From contig NZ_JAMXFA010000001.1 in assembly GCF_025370785.1 (NCBI RefSeq), positions 107,902 to 171,901 of the forward strand: DNA of 64,000 nucleotides, read 5' to 3'. The DNA is from Laspinema olomoucense D3b. GTDB lineage: Bacteria; Cyanobacteriota; Cyanobacteriia; Cyanobacteriales; Laspinemataceae. Every line of letters starts with the position of its first letter. Positions within the stretch are counted from its first letter, which is position 1. The position numbers and the translations under genes are program-made. The notes beneath the pieces were generated by a model. That model worked only from the letters and a program-made list of their open reading frames with translations. It was not told the DNA's origin and made no database searches. Shown here one piece after another: positions 20,603 through 31,090 of the stretch.

Positions 20603-23290
20603 ATGATTCGTAGAAAAATAAAGCGTAGTGCAGTGACTATATTAGACCGAGAAAATTTATTAAACCGGATTGCCAGTCGGATTCGGCAATCTTTAGAATT
20701 AAATGAAATTTTAGAAACTACTGCCCGAGAAATTCGGGCTTTTTTAAATACCCATCGGGTCAAAATTTATCGATTTGAAGAAGATGGCAGTGGAGAGGTG
20801 ATTGCGGAATCGATTCACAGCGATCGCTTACCCTCTATGTTAGGGCTGCGGTTTCCCGCTACAGATATTCCCCTGAAGGCACGAGAGTTATTTCTAAGTG
20901 CCCGTCAACGGGTGCTGGTAGATGTGGCATCGGGACGCAAAACGACTGAAGAGCTTGATTGCTCAGACAATGGAGAAAGTATCAGCCGAGGAGGTACGCG
21001 CTATTGGCCCGTAGACCCCTGTCATGCAGAATATCTGACTAATATGGGGGTATCTTCTTCTTTAGCAATTCCGATTCTCCATCAGCACCATCTGTGGGGA
21101 TTGTTGGTTTCCCATCATGCTAAACCCAGAAGATATTCAGAGCGAGAAATTGAGATCGTTCAATTGCTGGTGGATCAAATGTCGATTGCGATCGCCCAAT
21201 CAGATTTGTTAAATCGCACTCGTCACCAAGCGCGGGATGAATCGGTGCTTAATAAAATCAGCGGATTGCTGCACTCGCCTTTAGACCTGAAAAAAATTCG
21301 CCAAACTGTTCTGAAAGAAACTGTACTCGCCTTACGGGCAGATGCAGGCCGACTCTATATCAATCCTGACATGATTGGGGGAGTGGCTCAAATCTATACT
21401 TATGGCGTTCAACCGAGTATTGCTTGGATTGAAGAAACAGACTGTTGGCAACAGTTGATTAACGGCAGTGAGCGCAATGCGCCTCCCGAGACCAAGCCCG
21501 GGACTCATTATAAGGACAATATTTCTCCCCCCGAACCGGCGATCGGTGATGGCTCTGGATTCGATTTACCCTCTCATTTAAAGGGGAATAAAGAATCCCT
21601 ATCTTCCACCCACTCTACCGTTTATCTACACAGTGTCAGTATTGGTAATTTTTATCAAAGTCCCGCTTTCAGCCCCTTATTGCCTGCTTTTAAAGGGACT
21701 AACCTGCGCTCGGTTTTGATTGTCCCCTTAAAATACAATAAACAATATTTAGGATGCTTAACCTTGTTCCGAAATGAAATTGAAACGGAAACTTTATGGG
21801 CGGGACAAAATGATTTAGACGACCGGAACCGGAAACCTCGGGCCTCGTTTGAAGCGTGGCGAGAAATTAAAAAAGGACAGACGCAAATCTGGAAGGTTGA
21901 AGAAATTAAACTAGCCGAATCGGTGGGGACTCATCTCTATATGGCTGTCATGCAACGGCGAGTGGAAAATTTGATTCGTCATGAAGCCTCTCACGATCGC
22001 CTGACAGGTTTAGCCAATCGTCTGCTCTTTAACGAGCGCCTTTCTTTGGCACTCGCAGATACCCAACACCGGGCAGAAATGCTAGGGGTGATTTTCTTGG
22101 ATTTAGATGGATTTAAAACCATTAATGATACCCTCGGTCATGCTCTGGGAGATTTGCTCCTCAAAATTGTCGCCGAACGGTTAAGTCATTCTTTGCCCGA
22201 AGAAGATATGCTGGCGCGTTGGGGTGGGGATGAGTTTACATTTTTAATCAATCATTTGAGTTCCGCTGAGGATGTTGCAGAAATTAGCAATAAAATTTTA
22301 AAGTGTTTTAACGAGCCATTTCGGTTAGATGGTCAAGATTTTTATGTCAAAGCCAGCTTAGGAATTGCCCTCGCTCCTTATGATGGAGAAGATGTAGAAA
22401 CCCTGTTGAAAAATGCGGATGCTGCCATGTATCGCGCCAAGCAACAAGGAAGGAACAACTATCAGCTCTACACCCCAGCGATCGGCACCAAAGCCTTTGA
22501 AAGACTCGTCTTGGAAACGAGTTTGCACAAGGCTTTAGAACGGGACGAGTTCCGGATTTATTATCAACCTCAAATTGATTTAAAAACGGGACGAATTATT
22601 AGTATGGAAGCGCTGCTCCGCTGGCAGCATCCAGAACTGGGGTTAGTTCCCCCCGGTGAATTTATTCCCTTGGCAGAAGAAACGGGTTTGATATGTCCCA
22701 TCGGGAAATGGGCGATCGAAGCGGCAACCAGGCAAAATTACCAGTGGCAGTTAGCCGGACTTCCTCCCATTAGGATGGCGGTAAATTTATCGGCGCGTCA
22801 GTTTCACCAGCAAAATTTACTGCAAGAAATCGCCCAAGTTTTATGTCAAACACAACTCCATCCTAGCTATTTAGAGTTAGAAATCACCGAAAGTATTGCC
22901 ATGCAGGATGTTGACTTAACGATTTCTCTCTTGCAGGGGTTCCAAGAAATGGGAATTGGTATTGCTTTAGATGATTTCGGCACGGGCTATTCATCTTTAT
23001 CCTCCCTGAAATATTTCCCGTTAGATCAATTAAAAATTGATCGCTCGTTTATTCAAGAAGTCACCAGTGAGCCTCATGATGCCGCTATTATTGAAGCAAT
23101 CGTCACCCTGGGGCATGGTTTGAATTTAGAGGTGATTGCGGAAGGAGTGGAAACCCCCGAACAATTGGAATTTTTGCGGTCCGTGAATTGCGATGCGGCC
23201 CAAGGCTATTTATTTAGTAAGCCAGTTCCCGTGGAAATTGCCACGGAACTATACCGGCAGTCTACATTTTCCTTCCATCTGAGTTCATAG
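20603..23290 (+). CDS. GAF-domain diguanylate cyclase/phosphodiesterase (GGDEF-EAL)
   Basis: The N-terminal GAF has IYRFEE. The GGDEF region has RLTGLANR and [10 protein letters not shown], and the EAL region has [19 protein letters not shown] and QGYLFSKP. Confidence 0.9.
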   Translation: MIRRKIKRSAVTILDRENLLNRIASRIRQSLELNEILETTAREIRAFLNTHRVKIYRFEEDGSGEVIAESIHSDRLPSMLGLRFPATDIPLKARELFLSARQRVLVDVASGRKTTEELDCSDNGESISRGGTRYWPVDPCHAEYLTNMGVSSSLAIPILHQHHLWGLLVSHHAKPRRYSEREIEIVQLLVDQMSIAIAQSDLLNRTRHQARDESVLNKISGLLHSPLDLKKIRQTVLKETVLALRADAGRLYINPDMIGGVAQIYTYGVQPSIAWIEETDCWQQLINGSERNAPPETKPGTHYKDNISPPEPAIGDGSGFDLPSHLKGNKESLSSTHSTVYLHSVSIGNFYQSPAFSPLLPAFKGTNLRSVLIVPLKYNKQYLGCLTLFRNEIETETLWAGQNDLDDRNRKPRASFEAWREIKKGQTQIWKVEEIKLAESVGTHLYMAVMQRRVENLIRHEASHDRLTGLANRLLFNERLSLALADTQHRAEMLGVIFLDLDGFKTINDTLGHALGDLLLKIVAERLSHSLPEEDMLARWGGDEFTFLINHLSSAEDVAEISNKILKCFNEPFRLDGQDFYVKASLGIALAPYDGEDVETLLKNADAAMYRAKQQGRNNYQLYTPAIGTKAFERLVLETSLHKALERDEFRIYYQPQIDLKTGRIISMEALLRWQHPELGLVPPGEFIPLAEETGLICPIGKWAIEAATRQNYQWQLAGLPPIRMAVNLSARQFHQQNLLQEIAQVLCQTQLHPSYLELEITESIAMQDVDLTISLLQGFQEMGIGIALDDFGTGYSSLSSLKYFPLDQLKIDRSFIQEVTSEPHDAAIIEAIVTLGHGLNLEVIAEGVETPEQLEFLRSVNCDAAQGYLFSKPVPVEIATELYRQSTFSFHLSS

Positions 23291-23657
23291 TTTACTCATA
23301 GAAAATTACCGGCACTAATATCGGGAGCTCGTCCGGTTGGGTCCGGCTGTCTCCGGAACTGACCCGTCGAGTTTAACCTTCCCTTTTTATTGCAAGGTGA
23401 TGTTTGTACCCTATAATATAAAATCACTAGACCCCCAAAGGGAATAGTTCGTCTTCTACTGCTTGCTGCATAGCCCAGTTGAATCGGTTTTAGCTCGTTA
23501 CAGATTCACGGCACTACCCCCGGGTCAACCCGCATTATGCCGCTTTAAATAATTCTTTCAAACGCAGATGCTAGGGGATGTTAAAGTGATGCAGCTAAGG
23601 CATTTTTCTTCGCCCTAAATTGTCACCGAATACTTTATCCTATAGGATTGAACGAAA

Positions 23658-24704
23658 ATGGGTGAAAAATTTTATTTTCCAAAGCTTGATGCCATTCGGG
23701 GAGCCGCTTGTTTTTATATTTTAATTCATAATTTCATTTACGGATTATATAGTTTAGACCTCGTTCCTGAGTTTGTAAAATTAATATTTGCGGCTGGACA
23801 AGAAGCCGTAATAGTATTTTTTATTTTAAGTGGATTTTTAGTCAGAATCTCTATTTTTCGTCATCCGGAGTTATCTTTTCGGAAATATTTAATTAAGCGA
23901 TTTAGAAGAATCTATTTTCCCTTAATCATTTCCATGTTGCTTTCGGTTCTAATTCTTGCCGGGAAGGGAACGCTGCTTCAGAGGCTATCCGGGGTGGACA
24001 TTATTGGTAATTTTCTGTTACTCCAGGATTTTGGAAGCGTTAAACCCGGGACTTGGTTTTACCCCTTTTTAGGTAACCTCCCCCTCTGGTCATTATCCTA
24101 TGAATGGTGGTTCTACATCATGTATTATCCCCTCATTCATTGGGTTATAAATCCAACCCAGCGAATTTACTATATTCTCTTATTTTCGGCAGTGTCTTAT
24201 GGAATTTATGTAGGTTTTCCTAATCAAATCTCTTTGATTTGTTCTTATTTTATTGTAGGTTGGGTGGGGGTGGAAATGGCAAATTTGTTTTTAAAAGACA
24301 GGAAATTTACCTTTACAAATATGCGACCTATCTTAATTTCCTTGTTAGTAATGGCGTTTATTTCAGCAATTCCTTTGTTAGGTGAATCAGAATTTAAGGC
24401 CGGTCACTATCCGTTTTTAATGTTTCGGCACTTCTTCGCGGCTTTTTTACTCCTGAGTGGCGGACTGTATTGGTATGGTCATAAACTGATTTATTTTAAT
24501 CAGATTTTAGGGGGTTTTTCCATCTTTGCTCCTATTTCTTATGGAATTTATGTATTTAGTTATCCGATTTTAGTTCAATGGGGACTCAATGCTAATTTCC
24601 CGAAAAATTGGGCGTTTTATGGATTAAATTTCCTGATACTAATCGGCCTTGCTTATCTAACTGAGCGCAAGTGGCAACCGGCGATCAACCGTTGGATTAA
24701 ATAG
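23658..24704 (+). CDS. acyltransferase family 3 (integral membrane O-acyltransferase)
   Basis: The N-terminus has LDAIRGAACFYIL, and the protein has ~10 predicted transmembrane segments. The gene is markedly AT-rich relative to its flanks. Confidence 0.7.
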   Translation: MGEKFYFPKLDAIRGAACFYILIHNFIYGLYSLDLVPEFVKLIFAAGQEAVIVFFILSGFLVRISIFRHPELSFRKYLIKRFRRIYFPLIISMLLSVLILAGKGTLLQRLSGVDIIGNFLLLQDFGSVKPGTWFYPFLGNLPLWSLSYEWWFYIMYYPLIHWVINPTQRIYYILLFSAVSYGIYVGFPNQISLICSYFIVGWVGVEMANLFLKDRKFTFTNMRPILISLLVMAFISAIPLLGESEFKAGHYPFLMFRHFFAAFLLLSGGLYWYGHKLIYFNQILGGFSIFAPISYGIYVFSYPILVQWGLNANFPKNWAFYGLNFLILIGLAYLTERKWQPAINRWIK

Positions 24705-24741
24705 ACCGATCGCCCATCTAGTTACCCCTCCCCAATCTCCC

Positions 24742-25890
24742 CTAAAACCGACTTTTCAGCCAATCTAACCAACGGGAACCTTGGCGGTTTGTCTGGGAAT
24801 GTGGCTGATTGGCTACCCATTGATTTAACTCTAGGGCAGTGGGAAATGGCACCGGGCTACTGTAGCGTGATCGCAGCGGTTTCGCCAAAGCATTATTATC
24901 TTCCCGTAACCCTTCATAGAAAAATAACACCTGTCCCGGAAGCCCACAAGCCCGATTGTAATCGATCGCGCTTAACAAATATTCCGGACTGATCCGATAT
25001 TTGCCTAACTTAATCAATATCCCCGGAGAAATTCGCGGTAACTGTTCTGAGAAACCAGGGCTTTTCACCATTTGATTAACCACCCGTTGATAACTCTGAA
25101 AATCCCGGCGATAAATCTGAGGATGCATCAAATCCGTCAGTCCTCGGTTCAGCCAGGTTTGCGAGTCTTGCAGGTACTCATTCAAACACCAGGGATAAAT
25201 ATTCGGAGAAAGGGAAACCAACAAATTGGGATTAATCCCCTTAACTTGTTGATAGAGTTGCGATAAAAATTCCGTGAGTAAATCCGCACGCCACTGCAAC
25301 CAATGGGAGTCTTGACAATTGGACGGGGGATCGCACTGAAAGCTTTGCCGGTAAAGGTTTCGCGTAAACTCATCATAGCCGCCTTCCCTGGGGAATGCCG
25401 GGAGGCGATCGTCACCTTGGATGCCTGCGATCGGGTAATTTTGCACCACTTCTAGGATTAACTTTGACAAGAAATCTTGAACCTCTGGGTGCAAAGCATT
25501 CATCCACTCAAACCCATTTTTGTTGAGGAGATTTCCTGATAGGTCCTTGGCTGCCCATTCTGGTTTTTTTTGCAGCAACATTCCCCCATTGGACTGATAG
25601 GAACTGGCGAATCCATATTCAAACCAGGGAATCACAGCAATCCCACAGGAATTGGCCGCTTCGATGAGTTCAGCCAAGGGGTCTCGACCTTGATAAAGGG
25701 GATCAATTTCCATGCCAAAAGTCTCCCTTAAAACCCGACTGGGATAAAGGGTTAATCCTTTGGTCCAAACAACGGGAAAAACCACATTAAATCCCGTCTC
25801 GGAGAGAAAGGCGACTGCCTCATTGATTCTTTCTTTGGATCGGAAGACTTGACTATCAGTAGTCGTCATCCAAACGCCGCGTATTTCCAT
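24742..25890 (-). CDS. glycoside-hydrolase-like family 10 (GHL10, PF02638-type) protein, cytoplasmic form
   Basis: The ORF reads RGVWMTTTDSQVF...FNVVFPVVWTKG...IPWFEYGF. It is a paralog of the proteins at 44354-45910 and 52390-54126. Confidence 0.65.
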   Translation of the reverse strand: MEIRGVWMTTTDSQVFRSKERINEAVAFLSETGFNVVFPVVWTKGLTLYPSRVLRETFGMEIDPLYQGRDPLAELIEAANSCGIAVIPWFEYGFASSYQSNGGMLLQKKPEWAAKDLSGNLLNKNGFEWMNALHPEVQDFLSKLILEVVQNYPIAGIQGDDRLPAFPREGGYDEFTRNLYRQSFQCDPPSNCQDSHWLQWRADLLTEFLSQLYQQVKGINPNLLVSLSPNIYPWCLNEYLQDSQTWLNRGLTDLMHPQIYRRDFQSYQRVVNQMVKSPGFSEQLPRISPGILIKLGKYRISPEYLLSAIDYNRACGLPGQVLFFYEGLREDNNALAKPLRSRYSSPVPFPTALELNQWVANQPHSQTNRQGSRWLDWLKSRF

Positions 25891-26698
25891 GATATTTTGG
25901 GTCAGGGGTGAGGAATCAGGGGCTATCGAAAAACCCCGTAGGCCGGTTTAAACCTACGGGATCGGAAGGAATGCAGCAGGTTAATGCCGGGAAAATAGTT
26001 TCTCCAAAAACCGATTTTAAGCGATCGCTTTTTTTAGGTGCGGTTCGATGAAGGTCTCTGTCAGGAATTCCTGATAAAGTCGGCTTATACTTAAGAGCGC
26101 CCCAGGAGTGGTAAACGTGGACTTACTTCATCCGCGATCGCGCCCATTAGTTTGAACACACTTGGTTAAGCAGCAACACCGCTTCTTACCTGATTCCCTC
26201 TCACTTTACTCCCTTCCGGAGTTAACGTGAGAGAAAATTCTCTACTATATAGGGTTGCTATTCATCATCCAACCGGCTTGAGGGCTTGGGTGAGTTGAGT
26301 CAGGTAGCTCACTTTGGATTGAAAGTTTCAAGAGTTTATCATCTTTTAATCTTTTGGGAAAATCTCCCCCAGAAGTCTTGCTAGGTTTGACTGTAAGGGA
26401 AAATAAACCGGCAAAAATGAACCCATTTCACCCTAATTTACCCACTCCTGCCTGATCCGGGGTACAGCATCGGGAAGAGCAACGGACTTTCTGGACACCA
26501 TTTTTACTACCTGGCTCACAAAGCAAGGGCCAGAAAACCCATGTCAGGTTCCCTGGCGGTGATTTAGAAACCGGGTTTATTTCCTGAATCGCGCAGTGGG
26601 GTTCAGTTTCATGGAGTTTTTTTAAAAAATTTGCAAAATTCCTCGCCAAAGGTCTTTTCAGACCGAAAAAAACCTGCTATGATGTCTCAAGACAGCTT

Positions 26699-26787
26699 GG
26701 AGAGGTGGCTGAGTGGTTGAAAGCGGCAGATTGCTAATCTGTTTTACGGTTTTAATCGTAACGAGGGTTCGAATCCCTCCCTCTCCG
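26699..26787 (+). tRNA. tRNA-Ser (anticodon GCU), class II
   Basis: The acceptor is GGAGAGG/CCTCTCC, the anticodon loop is TTGCTAA, the variable arm is long and the T-loop is GAGGG-TTCGAAT-CCCTC. A -10-like TATGAT sits ~15 nt upstream. Confidence 0.85.
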
Positions 26788-26961
26788 TTCTAAATCAACA
26801 AGACTCACGGGATTTAACTCTCGGCAAATCTGAGCAGATATCAGCCAACTCTGGATTTGAATGAGTCAGTGTAGAGCAATTTATTTTGAATAATCCCCCA
26901 CTACTTTTGCAAGGCGTGGGGGATTTTTGATTAGGGGTGGCTCTGGTGGAGCGATCGCGCG

Positions 26962-27801
26962 TTACCAACGATAGCCCACGCCGATATAACCAACCGGGAA
27001 GGGAATTACATCGTCAAAGAAGTACAACCCTGCACCGATATTGCCCCCAGCATACCAGCCATTATCCCACTGATAATCCCCACCAATCGTGGCATAGGGT
27101 AATACCACCGCAAGGGTTCCCACCCCCCAGGAGCCCGTAAACTGCCCGGGAACCGCAGGCTGAAAGTATTTTTTGTAAGAGACGCCGAGTCCAACGTTAA
27201 TACCCAGAACGCTATCTACTCCGCGTTCGTCCATCCGGACCCATCCAAAGTTGGGTAAATCAAAACCGGCGCTGTAGCGATAACTGGTAAAACGCGCCTG
27301 AGCAAGATCCGATTCCGGGGGGGATTGCGCTTCGGTGTTTTCCGGAAGGATAGCCGCCTCCCTTACAAAGTCGTCTTTATTAAAGTCAATCGACAGTTCT
27401 AAATCCTCAAGAACGGCGGGGTCAGTTGCCGTGAATGGCGCGATCGCCCTTTCGCGATCGTCCTGAGTCGGTTGTGCTTCGAGATCCATTTGCGCAGGGG
27501 ATTGCGCTTCGGTGTTTTCCGGAAGGATAGCGGCATCCTTTAGGAAGTCCCCTTGATTAAAGTCAATCGCAAGTCCCAAATCCTCAAGACTGGCGCGGTT
27601 AGTTTCCGTGAGTTGCGGTATCCAAGTCTCACCAGCTTTCTGCATCGGTTGTGCCTCTAGGTCCAGCAGTCCCGGCATCTCCACACTGAGTTGCGCTGGG
27701 AAACTCGGCTCTTGCGCTGTAGCCGGTAGCACCTGTTGCATCGCTAAGCAGGGTAATACCATCAAAGCACTATATCCTGCCCATTTTTTCCTCACACCCA
27801 T
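26962..27801 (-). CDS. secreted protein with two ~60-aa tandem repeats and a C-terminal small outer-membrane beta-barrel domain
   Basis: It has a signal peptide. The repeats are LEDLGLAIDFNQGDFLKDAAILPENTEAQSP and LEDLELSIDFNKDDFVREAAILPENTEAQSP, carried by a ~180-bp DNA tandem duplication. The Gly/aromatic-rich C-terminus ends ...GVGYRW. Confidence 0.55.
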   Translation of the reverse strand: MGVRKKWAGYSALMVLPCLAMQQVLPATAQEPSFPAQLSVEMPGLLDLEAQPMQKAGETWIPQLTETNRASLEDLGLAIDFNQGDFLKDAAILPENTEAQSPAQMDLEAQPTQDDRERAIAPFTATDPAVLEDLELSIDFNKDDFVREAAILPENTEAQSPPESDLAQARFTSYRYSAGFDLPNFGWVRMDERGVDSVLGINVGLGVSYKKYFQPAVPGQFTGSWGVGTLAVVLPYATIGGDYQWDNGWYAGGNIGAGLYFFDDVIPFPVGYIGVGYRW

Positions 27802-28243
27802 AATATCCCTCCAAATACATCAATAAACGTGAATTATTTCGCTTTGTTTTTGCATGAGTTCGGGTTCAGGGAAATGAAATTGACTCGAAAGGAATTGGCG
27901 ATTGAACCCAATGGATTCTTGAGAACAAAGCACGGAGATATTCCCCCTGAATCCGACTGTTCCATAAACCGCGAAATCCGCAAACTAAAAGCAAAAACTT
28001 CTAGCAATCTGCCATTCCACAACCAAATTGGGATAATCCAGAAGGGCAGATGCTAAAACATTGCTAATCTAATCCATCCTCGCCTCAGATGCGCTCTTCC
28101 CGGAGATGTATTTTGGGGGTTGTGTGAACAAAACTTAACAAATAGTAGAGGGAGGAATCCTGCACTTTTAGTGAATAGGGAGGGAAAGGGGGAGCGCTGC
28201 TTAAGATAAAGAAGCTAACCTAAAGGGGTTACAGCAAAGCCAT

Positions 28244-29062
28244 TTAGAACCGATACCCTCCCCCCACAAATATCCCAACTTCAACCTCCTCGACATACCC
28301 AACATTTAAGGCAGCATTGGCGACAAATCGGTCAAATAAGACGCGATCAATTCCCACAGTGCCAAAAAATCCAATGAAATTATCCTCATCCGTAGAAAGA
28401 GCAATGCCACTGCCGATATAAGGAGCAACATCGGCTTGTAAAGTATCTTCCGTATCCGCCAAGGGAAAGTCAATGGTGAGCGGAACCATCACCATCAAGT
28501 GTTCGGCAAACAAGACGGAAGGACGCAAAGACACTTGCTCGGCGAGGCCAATTTTACTCGTTAAGGCAAAACTGCCTCCTCCTAAAGGACTAGCATCATC
28601 ACTCAACCCAATATTAATGGCAGCACCGATATAGTTACCCACTCCCCGACTGGTTCGACCGAGTTCGATGTCGTTATCTCGTTGAGCCAAAACCGGATTG
28701 TTGTCCGCTTCAGGAGCAAGGTTTTGGGGAACTGTTGGCTGCCTGGGGATCATGAAATAATGGGGGGAGGCGATCGCGGTAGTGCCGGTCAATAATTCCG
28801 CAAAATTCCCCGATTTAGCCGCCAGTACCGGGGGTGGATTAATCCCCTCAGACTGGACATCCCAGGAGAGTGGTGCAGAATAGGTATCCTCCGGCAACTT
28901 CGCCATCGCCCTTAACCCCAATTCCCTAGCAACATCCCCCGAGAATGGCTCGGCCATCGCTTTTTTTACACCACCCTCACCACCGAGAGCAATCAGACCG
29001 AATAGAAAAACACCAGTTGCGATCGATAGAAACTTCACAGTTACTCCTAATAGATAGTTCAA
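28244..29062 (-). CDS. small outer-membrane beta-barrel protein (paralog of 26962-27801)
   Basis: The N-terminal signal/TM is FLSIATGVFLFGLIALG. The C-terminus ...VGIFVGGGYRF carries the classic OMP terminal aromatic signature. Confidence 0.55.
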   Translation of the reverse strand: MNYLLGVTVKFLSIATGVFLFGLIALGGEGGVKKAMAEPFSGDVARELGLRAMAKLPEDTYSAPLSWDVQSEGINPPPVLAAKSGNFAELLTGTTAIASPHYFMIPRQPTVPQNLAPEADNNPVLAQRDNDIELGRTSRGVGNYIGAAINIGLSDDASPLGGGSFALTSKIGLAEQVSLRPSVLFAEHLMVMVPLTIDFPLADTEDTLQADVAPYIGSGIALSTDEDNFIGFFGTVGIDRVLFDRFVANAALNVGYVEEVEVGIFVGGGYRF

Positions 29063-29230
29063 TGTTAAATCGGGGAATTTTTTATTTTGAAAAGGAGAAT
29101 TCAGCCTTAACGGATTAATCGCCAGCGGCAGATCTATCCAGAAACCGAACCCACGCCAAACCCAGGCGATCGGCTGGAGCTTTCACCCAGAAAATCCTCA
29201 TCCCCAAAGAAGGCCAAAACCAGCCCAGTT

Positions 29231-30166
29231 TTACAGCGAACCCACCGCCTGAGCGACTTGTTGGGAAACAAAGGGCAAAATAGCTTCATTTTTGCTGTGC
29301 GCCTTCCCTTCGGTAAAGACCACCAATAAATAAGGGCGATGTTCCGGTAATTCAATATAAGCCGCATCATGGCGGACTGTACTGGTTAAACCCGCCTTAG
29401 ACCAAATCCGAGTTTGGCGATCGAGACCCGCACCCAAAAACCCCGTGACCTGATTTTCTGGGTCCTCCGCCAGGTCCTCGGGTTCGAGCGATCGCTTCAT
29501 TAACTTCATCATCGCCGTAGTTGCCTTCGCCGAGACCGCTACCCCACCGACAATACTATGCAAGAGGCGTGCCGTCGCATTCGTGGTCAGCATATTCCGA
29601 TTTTCCATTAACTCTCCCAGGAAAACCCGCTCCCGACCATAGGCTCCATCACACCAGGTTTTGTGATTGACATTAATCGATTCCAATTCCGGCCAACCCA
29701 GAGACTGAAAGTAGCGATTCACTAAATTACGCTGGTGCTTCCAAGTTTCAAACGGTCCAGAAGACAATTCCGGACCACTGGTGGTCCCGGTTAACATATC
29801 TACCACTAGACTTGTGGCATCATTGCTAGAGTCCACAATCATATCTCGGATGGCCCGTTCTAACTCCGGGGAAGTCTGAATCATCTCTTTTTCCATCCAT
29901 TCATAGACAGCGACGAGATAAAACAGCTTGACCACACTGGCGGGATAAATCCGTTCTACACCGCGATAGTTAAATCCGCGCACGGGATGGTCCCAAAATG
30001 CATCGGGACTCAGGGCACCGCCAGTATTCACCGATACGGGAGGGTCGTAAACCACCCAAGTCATCGCCAGTTGATTGCGGTTTAATTGAGGGAATTGCTC
30101 CCAGGTTGCCGCTAAAATGCGATCGCCAAAGTTTTCCAGTTGTTCGTCTTTGCGGAAAAATGTCAT
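29231..30166 (-). CDS. class A beta-lactamase-like serine hydrolase
   Basis: An S-x-x-K motif (SVVK) and an SDN-like motif (DSSNDAT) are present, and the ORF is 311 aa. Confidence 0.6.
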   Translation of the reverse strand: MTFFRKDEQLENFGDRILAATWEQFPQLNRNQLAMTWVVYDPPVSVNTGGALSPDAFWDHPVRGFNYRGVERIYPASVVKLFYLVAVYEWMEKEMIQTSPELERAIRDMIVDSSNDATSLVVDMLTGTTSGPELSSGPFETWKHQRNLVNRYFQSLGWPELESINVNHKTWCDGAYGRERVFLGELMENRNMLTTNATARLLHSIVGGVAVSAKATTAMMKLMKRSLEPEDLAEDPENQVTGFLGAGLDRQTRIWSKAGLTSTVRHDAAYIELPEHRPYLLVVFTEGKAHSKNEAILPFVSQQVAQAVGSL

Positions 30167-30294
30167 AGTTTTCTCTGAGGTTGTTCAAGTCAACGGGTAG
30201 GGGTTAAACATTCAAAATTTAGAAGTCAGAATCAAGTATTCTCTCTTCTAGCCACTTCAGTCCGGCTGCTGTAGCCTTACTGTGCTTTCTTCTA

Positions 30295-31041
30295 TTGCTG
30301 CATTTATTTCTAACTATGGTCTTGGTGAGTCAGCTTCAATTTAATCTAGCTTCTAAAGGGTTCGATGCACCGCAATATCGCTGCCAAGTCGATCTCAATC
30401 TGTATGATTCCCCGCAGTGCGAGGCCCTGGCAACCCAGGCATCTGAGGGTCGTCTGCTGAAAATTGTGCTCCCTCCGACCGATGGGGCCGTGGGGGTGAA
30501 ATTATGTGAAGATGACTATCCCGGATGGGTGGCACTCCCGGATTTGGAAAATCTGGAATTAGCCGAGTCCCCTTACCAGGCGATCGCCCTGGACCGCACC
30601 CAGATAGAACCGCAGATTCCCACCATCATTGCCTTTACCCATCAGGCCATGAGCGTCCCCAATCAGTATTTCTGGGGAGGGACCGTCGCCCCGAACTATG
30701 ACTGTTCTGGATTAATGCAGGCAGCCTTCCGGACGGCTCAAGTTTGGTTACCTCGGGATGCCTATCAACAGGAAGCCTTTACCCAATCCATTCCCCTGAA
30801 CGAATTACAGGCGGGGGATCTCATCTTTTTTGGAACCCCAGAAAAAGCCACTCATGTTGGCCTTTATCTCGGGGAGGGTCGTTATATCCACAGTTCCGGG
30901 AAAAAAGTGGGGCGCAACGGCATCGGCATCGATGTCCTTTCAGAAAATAGCGATGATCCCGTCAGTCGTTGCTATTATCAACAACTCCGGGGTGCAGGGC
31001 GAGTTTTAAGCAGTTATTTGCCTCAAGACTCGGAAACCTGA
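30295..31041 (+). CDS. NlpC/P60 family cell-wall peptidase
   Basis: The catalytic Cys sits in YFWGGTVAPNYDCSGLMQAAF, and the His is in THVGLYLGEGRYIHSS. Confidence 0.8.
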   Translation: MLHLFLTMVLVSQLQFNLASKGFDAPQYRCQVDLNLYDSPQCEALATQASEGRLLKIVLPPTDGAVGVKLCEDDYPGWVALPDLENLELAESPYQAIALDRTQIEPQIPTIIAFTHQAMSVPNQYFWGGTVAPNYDCSGLMQAAFRTAQVWLPRDAYQQEAFTQSIPLNELQAGDLIFFGTPEKATHVGLYLGEGRYIHSSGKKVGRNGIGIDVLSENSDDPVSRCYYQQLRGAGRVLSSYLPQDSET

Positions 31042-31090
31042 AGCGTCGAAATATTAACATTCTTTAACAAACTGCAGAAAAATCATTAGC

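Noticed and set aside
25930-25962. Hairpin ccgtaggccggtttaaacctacgg as the terminator of the GHL10 gene at 24742-25890
   Set aside because: It lies upstream (5') of that minus-strand gene, so it cannot be its terminator. It may insulate the gene from transcription coming from the tRNA-Ser side, but this is unproven.
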